A DNA stretch of 60,895 nucleotides from contig JAYKHR010000117.1 of the NCBI GenBank assembly GCA_035285125.1, forward strand, positions 1 to 60,895. Direction: 5' to 3'. The translations under genes and the position numbers were made by a program. Positions 1 through 8,972 of the stretch are shown one piece after another. The DNA is from Candidatus Sericytochromatia bacterium (GTDB taxonomy: Bacteria; Cyanobacteriota; Sericytochromatia; S15B-MN24; JAQBPE01). The notes under the pieces were generated by a model. The model was given only the letters and a program-made list of their open reading frames with translations, was not told where the DNA came from and ran no database searches. How positions within the stretch are numbered: the first letter of the stretch is position 1; the number at the start of each line of letters is the position of its first letter.

Positions 1-104
1 CGGCTGCGCAGCTGGTTGCGGGCGGCCCGGACGCTGTCGGCGGAGACGCGCTCCCGGACATAGCGGTTGCTCGTGTCCTTGAAGGTGGCCTCGAAGACGG
101 GCAA
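1..104 (-). CDS. pilC: Type II secretion system F family / PilC inner-membrane platform protein, N-terminal part (runs off window)
   Basis: Manual translation from TTG at 104 with GGAGG RBS: MPVFEATFKDTSNRYVRERVSADSVRAARNQLRS. This resembles the GspF/PilC N-terminus, and secretin and pilin genes are adjacent. Not in ORF track. Confidence 0.6.
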   Translation of the reverse strand, partial: MPVFEATFKDTSNRYVRERVSADSVRAARNQLRS

Positions 105-213
105 AGGGAGCCTCCAACGCGTTCGCCCTGTTCCTGATTACCCCCTGAGCCGTGCTTCTAAACGCTTTGCAGGGTATACAGGGCGCACCCCCACCCGACA
201 CGGACCCCGCCCG

Positions 214-1092
214 ATGCCCGCCTTGCCCCGCTGGACCCCGTTGCTCCTGGTCGCAACCCTCTCAGCCTGCCAGCTCTGGCCGCTGGGTGGCTCCCCCCGT
301 GACCTGTCACGCCTGTACTTCAAGGAACCGGACATGACCGTCCGCACGGAGTGGCTCGGTACCCCCGCGACCCCGGCGGATGCGCAGGCCTTCGTCGCCC
401 TTGTGCGGTCTTACCGAACGGCTGGCATGTTCTCCCGGATCGTCCCGGGCGCCCAGCCTCCGGGCGCGGCGACGGCGTCGTCGGTCCCCGTCTACGCGTT
501 CGCCGAGCCGACGCTGACGGTTGCGGCGCTGAACCCGATCGAGCTGACGGAGGCCCAGCAGACGGCAGAGCCCGTGCTAGACCCCTCCGGCGCCTTGCGC
601 ACGGTCCGGGTCGCGAAGCAACCGCTCTATTTCCTGAAGCAGCTGCGCGTGAAGTGGACCCTCACGGGGCTTGAGGCTCCCCCCGAGCAGGTCCTTGACC
701 TGCAGGTCTCGATGCGCGCCCAGGAGCAACAGCTGCCGCGCATCCCTATGACCCATGCCAGCAACGCGGTCCGGGCCGTGCTGGACGCAGGTGGGTCAAC
801 GCTCGGGATCCGCGGGCGCCTCGACGTCGAGCTGACGGCGCAGGACCTCGACCCCCTGAAGCTGGACTCGCAGCGCGAGGTCAAGGTGACCCGCACGCTG
901 CCGGTGCTGTTCACGGCAGGCAGCGTGCTGCTGGGAGAGGCGCTGGCCGGCGCCTCGCCGACCCCCCTGGGGCCACTTGTCGGCGGGGGGGCGCTGGCGG
1001 CCCCCGTCGTGCCCAACGTGGAGCCCCAGGCCAGCGCGTCGCCATCCGTGGCGCCATCGGCCTCACCGACGGCCACCCCGAGCGCGCCCTGA
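214..1092 (+). CDS. Hypothetical lipoprotein
   Basis: ATG at 214 gives MPALPRWTPLLLVATLSAC (lipobox LSAC); Ser/Pro/Ala-rich C-terminal tail. Confidence 0.6.
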   Translation: MPALPRWTPLLLVATLSACQLWPLGGSPRDLSRLYFKEPDMTVRTEWLGTPATPADAQAFVALVRSYRTAGMFSRIVPGAQPPGAATASSVPVYAFAEPTLTVAALNPIELTEAQQTAEPVLDPSGALRTVRVAKQPLYFLKQLRVKWTLTGLEAPPEQVLDLQVSMRAQEQQLPRIPMTHASNAVRAVLDAGGSTLGIRGRLDVELTAQDLDPLKLDSQREVKVTRTLPVLFTAGSVLLGEALAGASPTPLGPLVGGGALAAPVVPNVEPQASASPSVAPSASPTATPSAP

Positions 1093-1105
1093 CGCAGGAC
1101 CGACG

Positions 1106-2719
1106 CTAAAGCTTCCGTGGCGCAGGCTGCGCGGCAGGAGCCGGGCTGCTGCCACCAGCCGGGCTCGCAGCGGGGGCTGCCACGGGACCGTCTGCCTCGG
1201 GCACCACGCGAGGCGTGATCATCACGACCAGCTCGGTGGTGGTGCGGTCCACAACCGTCCGCCGAAACAGCGAGCCGAGCCAGGGCAGGTCCCCCAGCAG
1301 GGGCATCTTGTCCACCTGCTCCGTCGTGCGCTCCTGGTTGAGCCCACCGATCACCAGAGTTTCCCCGTCACGCACCCGAACCTCTGGCGTGGCGAGCTTC
1401 CGCTGGCTCTTTAGCGTGGCGAGGATTTCGGAGGTGGTGGTGCCTCGGACCGTCTCGCGGATGAACGAGATGGTGGGATCGACCTTCATCGAGATGTAGC
1501 CGTCCGGGTTGATCTTGGGGGTGATGGCGAGGGTGACGCCAGCGGTCCCCAGCGTCACGTTCTGCCGCGTGAAGATGTTGTTGGCATTGACCGTCGTCTC
1601 GATCAGGACCTTCTCGATGATGTCGTCCGTGATCTCGATCTTCGACTCCTTGGAGTCCATCGCCACGAGCGAGGGCGAGGCCAGCAGGCGGGCCTTGTTG
1701 TCGCGCAGCAGGGCGTTGATCTTGATCCGGAGCTGGGACAGGGCCTGCTGAAGGGGGGCCTGCGAGAGGTCCAGGCCCGCGCTGGGAGACCAGGCGCCCG
1801 CCAGCGACCCGGACTGGGCGTCGAAGGTCACACCGAGGATGTTGTTGGCCGTGCCCGCCAGCTCGACGAGGCGGACCTCGATGAGCACCTGCCTCAAGCG
1901 ACGGTCAACCTTCTGGATCACCTCGTCGACAAGCCTGAGGTCCTCCGGGGAGGCCACCACCATCAGGGCGTTCTCCCGGGCGATGGGCACGAACTTGACG
2001 CCCGTGCCGGTCGCGCCGGCAAAGATGCCCGTGGTCAGCAGGGTGGCAGCCTCCTCGGCCTTGATGTAGTTGAGCCGGAAGATGCGATGCGAATGCGGCC
2101 GATCAAGGCGCGCGACGAGCTTGGCGACCTGCTCTTGCATGTAGGCGTTGCCACTGACGATGACGGTGTTGGAGCGCGCATCGGGCGTGAGCAGGCTGCC
2201 CCCTGCTCCGCCGGCCGTCAGCCCCGCGGCCGTGAGGGCCTCCGTGAGGATCTTGACCATGTCCGTCGCTGAGGCGTAGTTCAGCTGAAAGACGCGCACC
2301 CCGCCGAGCCCTGCCCGGGGAGACATCGAGAACATGTAGGTCGTGCCGAACCGCCTCACGCTGAGGTTGTTCGTGCTGACGATGACCTCCAGGATGCGGT
2401 CGAGCCGCTCGCCGTGGAAGTCGAGGTCGACAGGGCCCTTGATGTCAGGCGCCACGATGAAGTTGAGCCTGTGACGGGCGGCGATCAGCCGCAATGCATC
2501 GCCGATCTCGGTGGCGCGCATCGTGAGGTCAACGCGTTCGCGGCCCCCTGGCACCCGGATGGCCTGGGGCTCGAGGGAGACGACCTCCGAGGCCCGAGCG
2601 GGTGCAGCCTGCGCGGGCGCACCCAGACAGGTGACAGCCGCCAGGAGGAGGGGCAGAAGAGGTCGGGCGGGTGTGAGCACGGATAGAGCCTCGGTTCGGA
2701 CGCCGTCCCATTCAACCAT
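1106..2719 (-). CDS. Secretin (PilQ/GspD family)
   Basis: Signal peptide ending AQA; secretin N repeats (VFQLNYASA, IFRLNYIKA); QVLIEVRLVE; C-terminal motif VRDGETLVIGGL...KMPLLGDLPWLGSLFR...TELVVMITPRVV. Start uncertain (2719 or 2680). Confidence 0.9.
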   Translation of the reverse strand: MVEWDGVRTEALSVLTPARPLLPLLLAAVTCLGAPAQAAPARASEVVSLEPQAIRVPGGRERVDLTMRATEIGDALRLIAARHRLNFIVAPDIKGPVDLDFHGERLDRILEVIVSTNNLSVRRFGTTYMFSMSPRAGLGGVRVFQLNYASATDMVKILTEALTAAGLTAGGAGGSLLTPDARSNTVIVSGNAYMQEQVAKLVARLDRPHSHRIFRLNYIKAEEAATLLTTGIFAGATGTGVKFVPIARENALMVVASPEDLRLVDEVIQKVDRRLRQVLIEVRLVELAGTANNILGVTFDAQSGSLAGAWSPSAGLDLSQAPLQQALSQLRIKINALLRDNKARLLASPSLVAMDSKESKIEITDDIIEKVLIETTVNANNIFTRQNVTLGTAGVTLAITPKINPDGYISMKVDPTISFIRETVRGTTTSEILATLKSQRKLATPEVRVRDGETLVIGGLNQERTTEQVDKMPLLGDLPWLGSLFRRTVVDRTTTELVVMITPRVVPEADGPVAAPAASPAGGSSPAPAAQPAPRKL

Positions 2720-2777
2720 GCGGCCTCGACAGCCGGCCGTGACCGGGATAACGAGGCGATGACGGCGCCAAGGACAC

Positions 2778-2812
2778 AAAAAAGGGCGGGAGCGACGTGG
2801 TCGCTCCCGCCC
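2778..2812 (-). terminator. Rho-independent terminator after the pilin gene
   Basis: Inverted repeat GGGCGGGAGCGAC-gtg-GTCGCTCCCGCCC followed by a T6 tract on the - strand. Confidence 0.85.
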
Positions 2813-2826
2813 CCATGTCAGCAGGC

Positions 2827-3417
2827 TTACTTGCCGCCCTTGGCGGTCCACCAGGGCACGCCGTTCTTGTCGCAGATACCCACGGCGTAGTTCTTCACGC
2901 CGACCGTGGTCATCGTCGAGCTCTGGCGGACGCCGGCCCACGGGGTCGCAGCCGTCGTGCCGCTGACGTACAGCAGGGCAGCAGACTGGCCCGCGGCGGC
3001 GCCGTTGGTGAGGCCGCTCGTGAGCGCGGCCGTCGTCTCCGTGAGCGCCCCCGCAGCCGACTCGGTCGCCGAGCCGAAGTTGCCCGCCGTGACCTCGATG
3101 GCGCCGGACGCGGCACCCGTCACGCCACCCCAGGGGTTGTCGTCGGCCGCATCACCCTGCTTGGAGCTCCAGAGCGAGGTGAAGGTACCACCCGTCGCGG
3201 AGACGGGGTAGGTGCCCGAGTTGTTGCCAGAGTACTCCTCGACCACCGTGACGCCAGCGAGCACGCGCGACTGCGCGTTCGAGTTCGCAGCGTTCTCCTT
3301 GACGGCGTTGAACGCCAGGATCGCGCCACCGATGACGATCAGGCCGACAGCGACCGCGAGGGCCACCTCGACGAGGGTGAAGCCTGCCCGCTTCGCGGGT
3401 GATTGAACCTTCATCAT
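2827..3417 (-). CDS. Type IV pilin (probably the major pilin)
   Basis: Class III signal peptide KRAG|FTLVEVALAVAVGLIVIGGAIL; AAAGGAG RBS; own terminator. Confidence 0.9.
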   Translation of the reverse strand: MMKVQSPAKRAGFTLVEVALAVAVGLIVIGGAILAFNAVKENAANSNAQSRVLAGVTVVEEYSGNNSGTYPVSATGGTFTSLWSSKQGDAADDNPWGGVTGAASGAIEVTAGNFGSATESAAGALTETTAALTSGLTNGAAAGQSAALLYVSGTTAATPWAGVRQSSTMTTVGVKNYAVGICDKNGVPWWTAKGGK

Positions 3418-3554
3418 GATGTAAAACGGTGCTCCTTTCGGTTGGATGCCGTGTGTGGCCCGCGGCGTGGGCTGCGATACGTTCGCCACCACACCAGGGC
3501 CCCTAAGCTTATACCGGCACAGGCCGCCATCTTAACGCGGTGCCTGCCGCCACA

Positions 3555-4220
3555 TCAACGGGATCTGGGGGCCTCGGGCGGCACGCCCCACGCCCTCAGC
3601 GTCCGGGCCGCGACGGCACGCGCCTCCTTGGAAGCCGAGGTCTGGAGGGTGGCCCGCCAGATGGCGATGGCGAGCTCCCTGCGGCCCGTGACCTGGTACA
3701 TCCGCGCCTCCATCGCCCGGCACTCCGGGCGGGCCCCCGGCAGCTCGGCCGCGCGGTGGAACAGCGCCGCCGCGCGCAGGTACTGATCGGGCCGATCGCC
3801 GAACAGGAACAGGTGCATGCCCGCGTCGTAGGCTAGCTCCGACCGCGAGGGCCACTGCCTCAGCGCCCCCTGCCAGAACTGCTCCAAGGCCTCGATCTCG
3901 CCCGCGTTGCCGAGCGCCATCGAGCCCACCACGTAGGCGCCCTCGAAGCGGGGGTCGAGGGCCGTGATCTGCAGCAGCCAGGGAAGGCCGTCGCGCAGGG
4001 CCGTCCGCCGCGCCAGGCAGCGCCCGAAGTGCTGCACGAACTGCAGGTACAGGGCGTCGGCCACCACGTTGTCGAAGCCCGTGACGAGGCCCCGCAGCAC
4101 GACCGTGGGGGGCGGCCCCAGGCGGGCGTCAAAGGTGGCTCGCGCGTCATGCCAGCGCAGGCAGCCCAGCGCGAGGGCCCAGGCCACCCCGACGAGCAGC
4201 CCACTTCGCCAGCCAGTCAT
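3555..4220 (-). CDS. TPR-like pilus-associated membrane protein (PilG-like, myxobacterial type)
   Basis: ATG at 4220 overlaps the permease stop; N-terminal TM; VADALYLQFVQHFG...ITALDPRFEGAY pattern and helical repeats; lies between permease and pilin. Confidence 0.55.
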   Translation of the reverse strand: MTGWRSGLLVGVAWALALGCLRWHDARATFDARLGPPPTVVLRGLVTGFDNVVADALYLQFVQHFGRCLARRTALRDGLPWLLQITALDPRFEGAYVVGSMALGNAGEIEALEQFWQGALRQWPSRSELAYDAGMHLFLFGDRPDQYLRAAALFHRAAELPGARPECRAMEARMYQVTGRRELAIAIWRATLQTSASKEARAVAARTLRAWGVPPEAPRSR

Positions 4221-5005
4221 AGCTCCCGAGCCTCCCAGGCCAGCCGGGCCAGGCCCAGCAAGGCCACGCAGAGCGACGCACCGTAGGCGAGCGCCGCGAG
4301 CGGCCCCGACCAGTTCCAGCCTGGCCCAGCGAGGCCCGCAACGCGCAGTTCGAACAGCTCGAAGTGCGGCACAAGGTAGTAGAACAAAAGGCCGCCCCAG
4401 TGGTTCGCCCTGTTCAGCAGCTGCTCGGACTCTGCAAACGTCCTGACCAGGCCGCCGGCGTGCCCCAAGACGAACAGGGCGCTGGCATAGAGGAGCGCCA
4501 GCGTGCCCGAGGTCAGGGTGGCGAACAGGATGGCCAGGGCCGCCACGAGGCACCACTTCACCCACAGCGCCAGGCAAAGGACCGCCAAGAGTGGTTCCCA
4601 CGGCGCTCCCACGGTCATCATGGCGCCGAGCAGGGCCCCCCCGAACAGGCCGAGTTCCCCGAGAACAGCCGCCACCCCCAGGAACTTGCCCGCCAGGAAC
4701 TCGGCCCGGGAGACGGGCCGGGCCAGCACGACCATCCACGTGCCGTCGCGCACCTCCCGCGCCACCACCTGCGAGCCCAGCATCAGGGCGATGGCCGCGC
4801 CAACGAGGCTGAGGGCCCCCACGACCAGCTCCAGCAAGACGACCCCGGCCAGCGGGTCCGCCCTGACGGCTGCGGCAGCGAGCACCCCGACCACGGCCGC
4901 CATGGTCACCCCGCCCAGCCAGGTGCCCTGGCGGTGGAAGCAGCGCCAGTCGCAAGAGGCGATCGCCAACACGCGACGCAGACTCGGAAGTACGGGGACG
5001 TTCAC
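4217..5005 (-). CDS. ABC transporter permease (PilI-like)
   Basis: About 6 TM segments; REVRDGTWMVVLARPVSRAEFLAGKFLG ABC-2-type permease motif; start uncertain. Confidence 0.8.
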   Translation of the reverse strand: MNVPVLPSLRRVLAIASCDWRCFHRQGTWLGGVTMAAVVGVLAAAAVRADPLAGVVLLELVVGALSLVGAAIALMLGSQVVAREVRDGTWMVVLARPVSRAEFLAGKFLGVAAVLGELGLFGGALLGAMMTVGAPWEPLLAVLCLALWVKWCLVAALAILFATLTSGTLALLYASALFVLGHAGGLVRTFAESEQLLNRANHWGGLLFYYLVPHFELFELRVAGLAGPGWNWSGPLAALAYGASLCVALLGLARLAWEAREL

Positions 5006-5157
5006 GGAGGGCTCGGAGGGTATAATGAGGTGCCTCACGCCGGGAGTCACCAGCCGGCCCGGGGCCGCAGCCTCGGCCGCGCCGCCCATTGTAGCGGACG
5101 CCGGGACGCCGGCGCCACGTGACACCTCGCCCCCGTTCGCCCCCGAGAACCCTCGCC

Positions 5158-6702
5158 ATGCGCTGCCCGGCCTGCTTGACCTCCTCGACCAGTGGCCAGC
5201 TTCTTTGCGACGCCTGCCAGGACCGCCACCTGGCCGAGCCCTTCGGGACCTATGCCGCGCGGGATGGAGACGAGCAAACGGCCCCCCTCGTCACCCTGTT
5301 CAGCTGGGTCACGGCCGGCCTCGCCGCGCCGGCGGGAGGACGCGCCCCGCGCTGGGTCGACCGCGTGCACCCCGCCCCGGCGGCGCCCCTCGAAGACGAG
5401 CCCCTGACAGAGGCGTCACCCCCGCCGGCCGCAGCGCAAGCCGCCATTGTCGAGCCCCCGCCCGCCGAGGCTCCCGGGCCGGCCCCGCAGGGCGAGGCGC
5501 CGCCGGCGCCGATGCCGACGGCGGCAGTCGCCCCTCCCGCCACCACGCCCGAGCCCGCCACGGCGCCTGCGACGCCCGAGGTGCCGGCCCCGCCGGCATC
5601 CACCGCGCCGCCCCACGCAGTCGCGCAGCCAACCCCGGCGGCACCGCCGCCCGCGGCCCCCGTGGCCCCGGCGGCCCCCGCGGCCCCCGTGATGCCGCCC
5701 CCGGCGGCCGCCTCCGCCCCGGCGGCACCACCGGTGATCGCCACCGCGCCCGCGGCCCCGCCCTCCCCGCCTGCGGCTCCCCCTGCCACGGCCGCGCAGC
5801 CGCAGCCGGTGAACGCACTGGACAGGTTCCTGAACAGCCTGGAAGCCCCGCCCACGACGGTGCCGGCTGCGCCGCCGGCCCCCGCCGCAGCCCAACCGGC
5901 CGAGGGTGTCCGGGGTCCCGAGTCCGCCACCAAGGCCCTGACGGACTTCCTGAGTGGCCTCGGGCAAGCAGCCACGGCCCCATCAACGGCGGCCGCGTCG
6001 CCTGCCCCGGCAGCCGCCGCCCCCCCGGCCCCCGAGGCCCCCGGCACCGCCCGGGACGCGCTGAGCGCGTTCCTGAGCAACCTCGACGCCCCCCGGCGCC
6101 CACCGAGCGGCCCCGCCGCCGCCTTGCCGCCCGCCCCCCCTGCCCCGCCGCCAGCGCCCACGCCCAAGCCGGCCCCCGTCTCGCCCTCGGCCTCGATCAT
6201 CCGGGAGTCCCGCGCGGACGCCCTTGCAGACCTCTTTGCGAGCCTGGACGCCGGCACCCCTCCGGTGCGACGCCCCCCGCCGGCAGCGCCGACGGCGGCC
6301 CCCGCCCTGCCCGTGAGCGGGGCGGCCCTCTCCGCCAGCCTCGACGAGCTCTTCGCGAACATGTCGGGGTCCGAGACCAGCAGCTTCATCAAGCTGGTCT
6401 CGGCAGAGCCGCCTCAGACCACCGGGGCTGTCGCCCGGCCCGCGCCACCGGCCAAGCCCACGGCCCGCCCGGCGCCCCCGCCCCCTCCGCCCCCCGCGGC
6501 GGACGGCACCCCAAAGCGCTCCTTGCTGGACGACGTCTTCGACGGGCGCGCCGAGCGGGGTACCCCGCCCCGCACGGCCTCGCGCCCGACGCCCCCGGCG
6601 CCCCCGAGGCAGCCGCCTGCGCCGGAGGCGCCCGCGCCGCCCGAGCCTGCGGTCAGCGGGGCCCCCGGCCCCGAAGACGAGAAGCCCCCGCTGGAGCTCT
6701 AG
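5158..6702 (+). CDS. Hypothetical Pro/Ala-rich protein with N-terminal zinc ribbon
   Basis: MRCPAC-x10-CDAC, then long PA-rich linkers separated by short repeated helices (ALDRFLNSL, ALTDFLSGL, ALSAFLSNL, ALADLFASL, SLDELFANM, LLDDVF); TATAAT at 5021. Confidence 0.65.
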   Translation: MRCPACLTSSTSGQLLCDACQDRHLAEPFGTYAARDGDEQTAPLVTLFSWVTAGLAAPAGGRAPRWVDRVHPAPAAPLEDEPLTEASPPPAAAQAAIVEPPPAEAPGPAPQGEAPPAPMPTAAVAPPATTPEPATAPATPEVPAPPASTAPPHAVAQPTPAAPPPAAPVAPAAPAAPVMPPPAAASAPAAPPVIATAPAAPPSPPAAPPATAAQPQPVNALDRFLNSLEAPPTTVPAAPPAPAAAQPAEGVRGPESATKALTDFLSGLGQAATAPSTAAASPAPAAAAPPAPEAPGTARDALSAFLSNLDAPRRPPSGPAAALPPAPPAPPPAPTPKPAPVSPSASIIRESRADALADLFASLDAGTPPVRRPPPAAPTAAPALPVSGAALSASLDELFANMSGSETSSFIKLVSAEPPQTTGAVARPAPPAKPTARPAPPPPPPPAADGTPKRSLLDDVFDGRAERGTPPRTASRPTPPAPPRQPPAPEAPAPPEPAVSGAPGPEDEKPPLEL

Positions 6703-7499
6703 CGCACCTGGCTGGTCCTGGAGGCCTTGAGCAGGGCCTCCAGGTCCGCGATCATCTTCTCCGTGTGCTGGTAGGTCAGGGTCATCAGGTTGGGCATCAG
6801 GGCGATCACCAGCAGCATGCCAGCCACGGGCTTGGAGATGGTGACGAGGTCCTGCGTGAGCGAGCTGGCCTGCGGGGACACCTTGCTCATGTAGCCCACG
6901 CCGAGGTCCGCCAGCATCACGACGGTGATCACGGGCAGGGCGAGCTGGATGGTGATGGTGAGGAAGGCGCCGGACATCAAGATGAGCTGGTTGGCCACGT
7001 CCGTGGTCAGGACGAAGGTCCCGAGCGGCACGAGACGGAAGCTCTGCACGTACGCCCCCAGCATCCAGAGGTGACCCCCCGTGACCAGAAAGACCAGCAG
7101 GGCGAGGTTGAAGAACAGCGTCCCGAAGGCGTTCACGTTGGAGCGGGTGAACGGGTTCATCACGCTGGCGGCGCTCAGGCCCGACTGCACGCCGGCCAGC
7201 TCGCCCGCCGACTGCACGGCCAGGAACACGAAGCTGGCGGCAAAGCCCAGCAAGCCGCCCACCAGGATCTCCTGCATCAGCAGCAGGATGAAGGCGAACA
7301 TCATGTTCGGCACCCGGGCGTAGCTCGGCATCACGAACATCGCGAGGATGCTGATGGCCACCATCAGCGCGACGCGCACAGGGCCGGGCAGCACCCGGCT
7401 GGAGAAGACGGGGACCTGCAAGAAGAGCCCGGCCGTGCGGGCGAAGACCAGCAGGAAGGTCGGGATGGTGGCCGTGAGCCAGGCGACGAGGACTTCCAC
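6699..7499 (-). CDS. fliR: Export-gate protein FliR, divergent second copy
   Basis: FLLVFARTAGLF..VPVFS; QEILVGGLLGF; GGHLWML; follows fliQ2. Confidence 0.85.
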   Translation of the reverse strand: MEVLVAWLTATIPTFLLVFARTAGLFLQVPVFSSRVLPGPVRVALMVAISILAMFVMPSYARVPNMMFAFILLLMQEILVGGLLGFAASFVFLAVQSAGELAGVQSGLSAASVMNPFTRSNVNAFGTLFFNLALLVFLVTGGHLWMLGAYVQSFRLVPLGTFVLTTDVANQLILMSGAFLTITIQLALPVITVVMLADLGVGYMSKVSPQASSLTQDLVTISKPVAGMLLVIALMPNLMTLTYQHTEKMIADLEALLKASRTSQVR

Positions 7500-7503
7500 G
7501 GCG

Positions 7504-7773
7504 TCAGTTGGCGATGGCCGGGATCTGCGAGAAGAGCTGGCGCAGGAAGCTCACGGCCGTGGAGAGGATCCAAGGCGTCACCAGCACGAGCACCAGCAGC
7601 ACGGCCAGCGCCTTGGGCACGAACGACAGCGTCTGCTCCTGGATGGAGGTGATCGTCTGCAGCAGCGCGATCGTGAAGCCCACGATGAGGCTGACGACCA
7701 GCATGGGGGCCGACAGCAGCAGCACCATGCCGACGGCCTGGGTGATCAGCGTCACGATGAAGCCGGTGGTCAC
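7504..7773 (-). CDS. fliQ: Export-gate protein FliQ, second copy
   Basis: 89 aa; LLQTITSIQEQTLSFVPK motif. Confidence 0.9.
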   Translation of the reverse strand: MTTGFIVTLITQAVGMVLLLSAPMLVVSLIVGFTIALLQTITSIQEQTLSFVPKALAVLLVLVLVTPWILSTAVSFLRQLFSQIPAIAN

Positions 7774-7789
7774 GGTCGCGGGCTCTCCG

Positions 7790-8581
7790 TCAGACGCGGA
7801 AGCTGCGCACGAGCGCCTCGATGAGGAGCTGCCAGCCGTTCGCCAGGGAGAAGATCATCACCTTGAAGGGAGGCGCCACCATCTGCGTCTGCAGCTGCTG
7901 CATGCCGAGCGCCATGATCACGTTGGTGATCACGAGGTCGACGATGATGAAGGGCAGGTAGACGATGAAGCCGATCTTGAAGCCCGTCGCGACCTCGCTG
8001 ATCATGAAGGCCGGCGTCACGACGTGGAAGGGAACATCGGCAGGGGTGCGCGGGTCCGGCAGCTTTGCGAGCCGCAGGAAGAAGGCGAGCTCAGGCTCCT
8101 TGGTCTGCTTGATCATGAAGCCCTGAACGTGCTTCAGGCCGTTGTCGAAGGCCTGCTGCTGCGAGATGCGGTTGTTGAGGTAGGGCAGCACGGCGTCCTT
8201 GTTGACCTTCTCCCACGTCGGCGCCATCACGTACATGCTGAGGAACAGCGCCATCCCGATGATGACCTGGCCGGGGGGCACGTTCTGCAGCCCCGTGGCC
8301 TGCTTGAGGAAGGCCAGCACCACCACGATGCGGATGAAGGGTGTCGTCGCGATAAAGAGGAAAGGCAGCAGCGTCAGGCCCGAGAGCAGCACCATCAGCT
8401 GGATGGGCGTGGAGAAGCCGGGGGACTGCAGCGGCGCCTTGAGGTCGATGCTCGTCAGCAGGGTGCGGGCATCCGGAGGTTTGGGCACGGCCTGGGCCCA
8501 GGCCACGTCGGAGCCGAGCCCCAGCAGGGCCACCAGGCCGAGGGCGACGAGCCCCCATCGAAGAGCGTCACTCTTGCGCAT
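7790..8581 (-). CDS. fliP: Export-gate protein FliP, divergent second copy
   Basis: TPFIRIVVVL, PPGQV, PAFMISE, GFIVYLPFIIVDLV, PPFK, NGW. Confidence 0.9.
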   Translation of the reverse strand: MRKSDALRWGLVALGLVALLGLGSDVAWAQAVPKPPDARTLLTSIDLKAPLQSPGFSTPIQLMVLLSGLTLLPFLFIATTPFIRIVVVLAFLKQATGLQNVPPGQVIIGMALFLSMYVMAPTWEKVNKDAVLPYLNNRISQQQAFDNGLKHVQGFMIKQTKEPELAFFLRLAKLPDPRTPADVPFHVVTPAFMISEVATGFKIGFIVYLPFIIVDLVITNVIMALGMQQLQTQMVAPPFKVMIFSLANGWQLLIEALVRSFRV

Positions 8582-8972
8582 GCGCCTGCCTCTCGTGATC
8601 CAGCACGGCGGCAAACGCCGGCTCAAGGTCCTCGGGTGCCAGCTCGGCGACGGGCGTGATGTGCTCCCCACTGGCAGCCAGCAGCCAGTGACGGCGCCCC
8701 ACGGCCACGATGAAGGCCGCCCGCTGCGGATCGAGGGCCACCCGCTCGACGAGGCGCAGGGATCGACCGCCGCCTTGCAGCGCCCGGCCCAAGGTGGGGA
8801 AGCGCTCCCGCATCAGCCGCAGCGCCCCATAGGCCAGCCCCCCCATCACCAGGGTGACGAGCAGAAACTGGAACAGGAAGGCCCCCACGGGGAGCTCGGG
8901 GGCCACCGGTCGGAGGTCCAGCGGTGGCTCGCTGGGCGCCGTCCCCGTGGCAACCAGGGACGCCTCAGCCAC
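8568..8972 (-). CDS. fliO: FliO-like protein, second copy
   Basis: Single TM then LRLVERVALDPQRAAFIVAVGRRHWLL; lies between fliN and fliP. Confidence 0.75.
   Translation of the reverse strand: MAEASLVATGTAPSEPPLDLRPVAPELPVGAFLFQFLLVTLVMGGLAYGALRLMRERFPTLGRALQGGGRSLRLVERVALDPQRAAFIVAVGRRHWLLAASGEHITPVAELAPEDLEPAFAAVLDHERQAHAQE

Noticed and set aside
5400..6660. Repetitive GCC/CCG DNA as a tandem repeat or CRISPR array
   Set aside because: Low-complexity Pro/Ala coding sequence; no fixed repeat-spacer period and no cas genes
4503..7652. 1049-aa + strand ORF and other long overlapping ORFs (12798-15440, 15202-17319, 45010-47091, 49823-52651, 55157-57058)
   Set aside because: Shadow or alternate frames of recognisable genes; long open frames are expected at this GC content and they show no motifs
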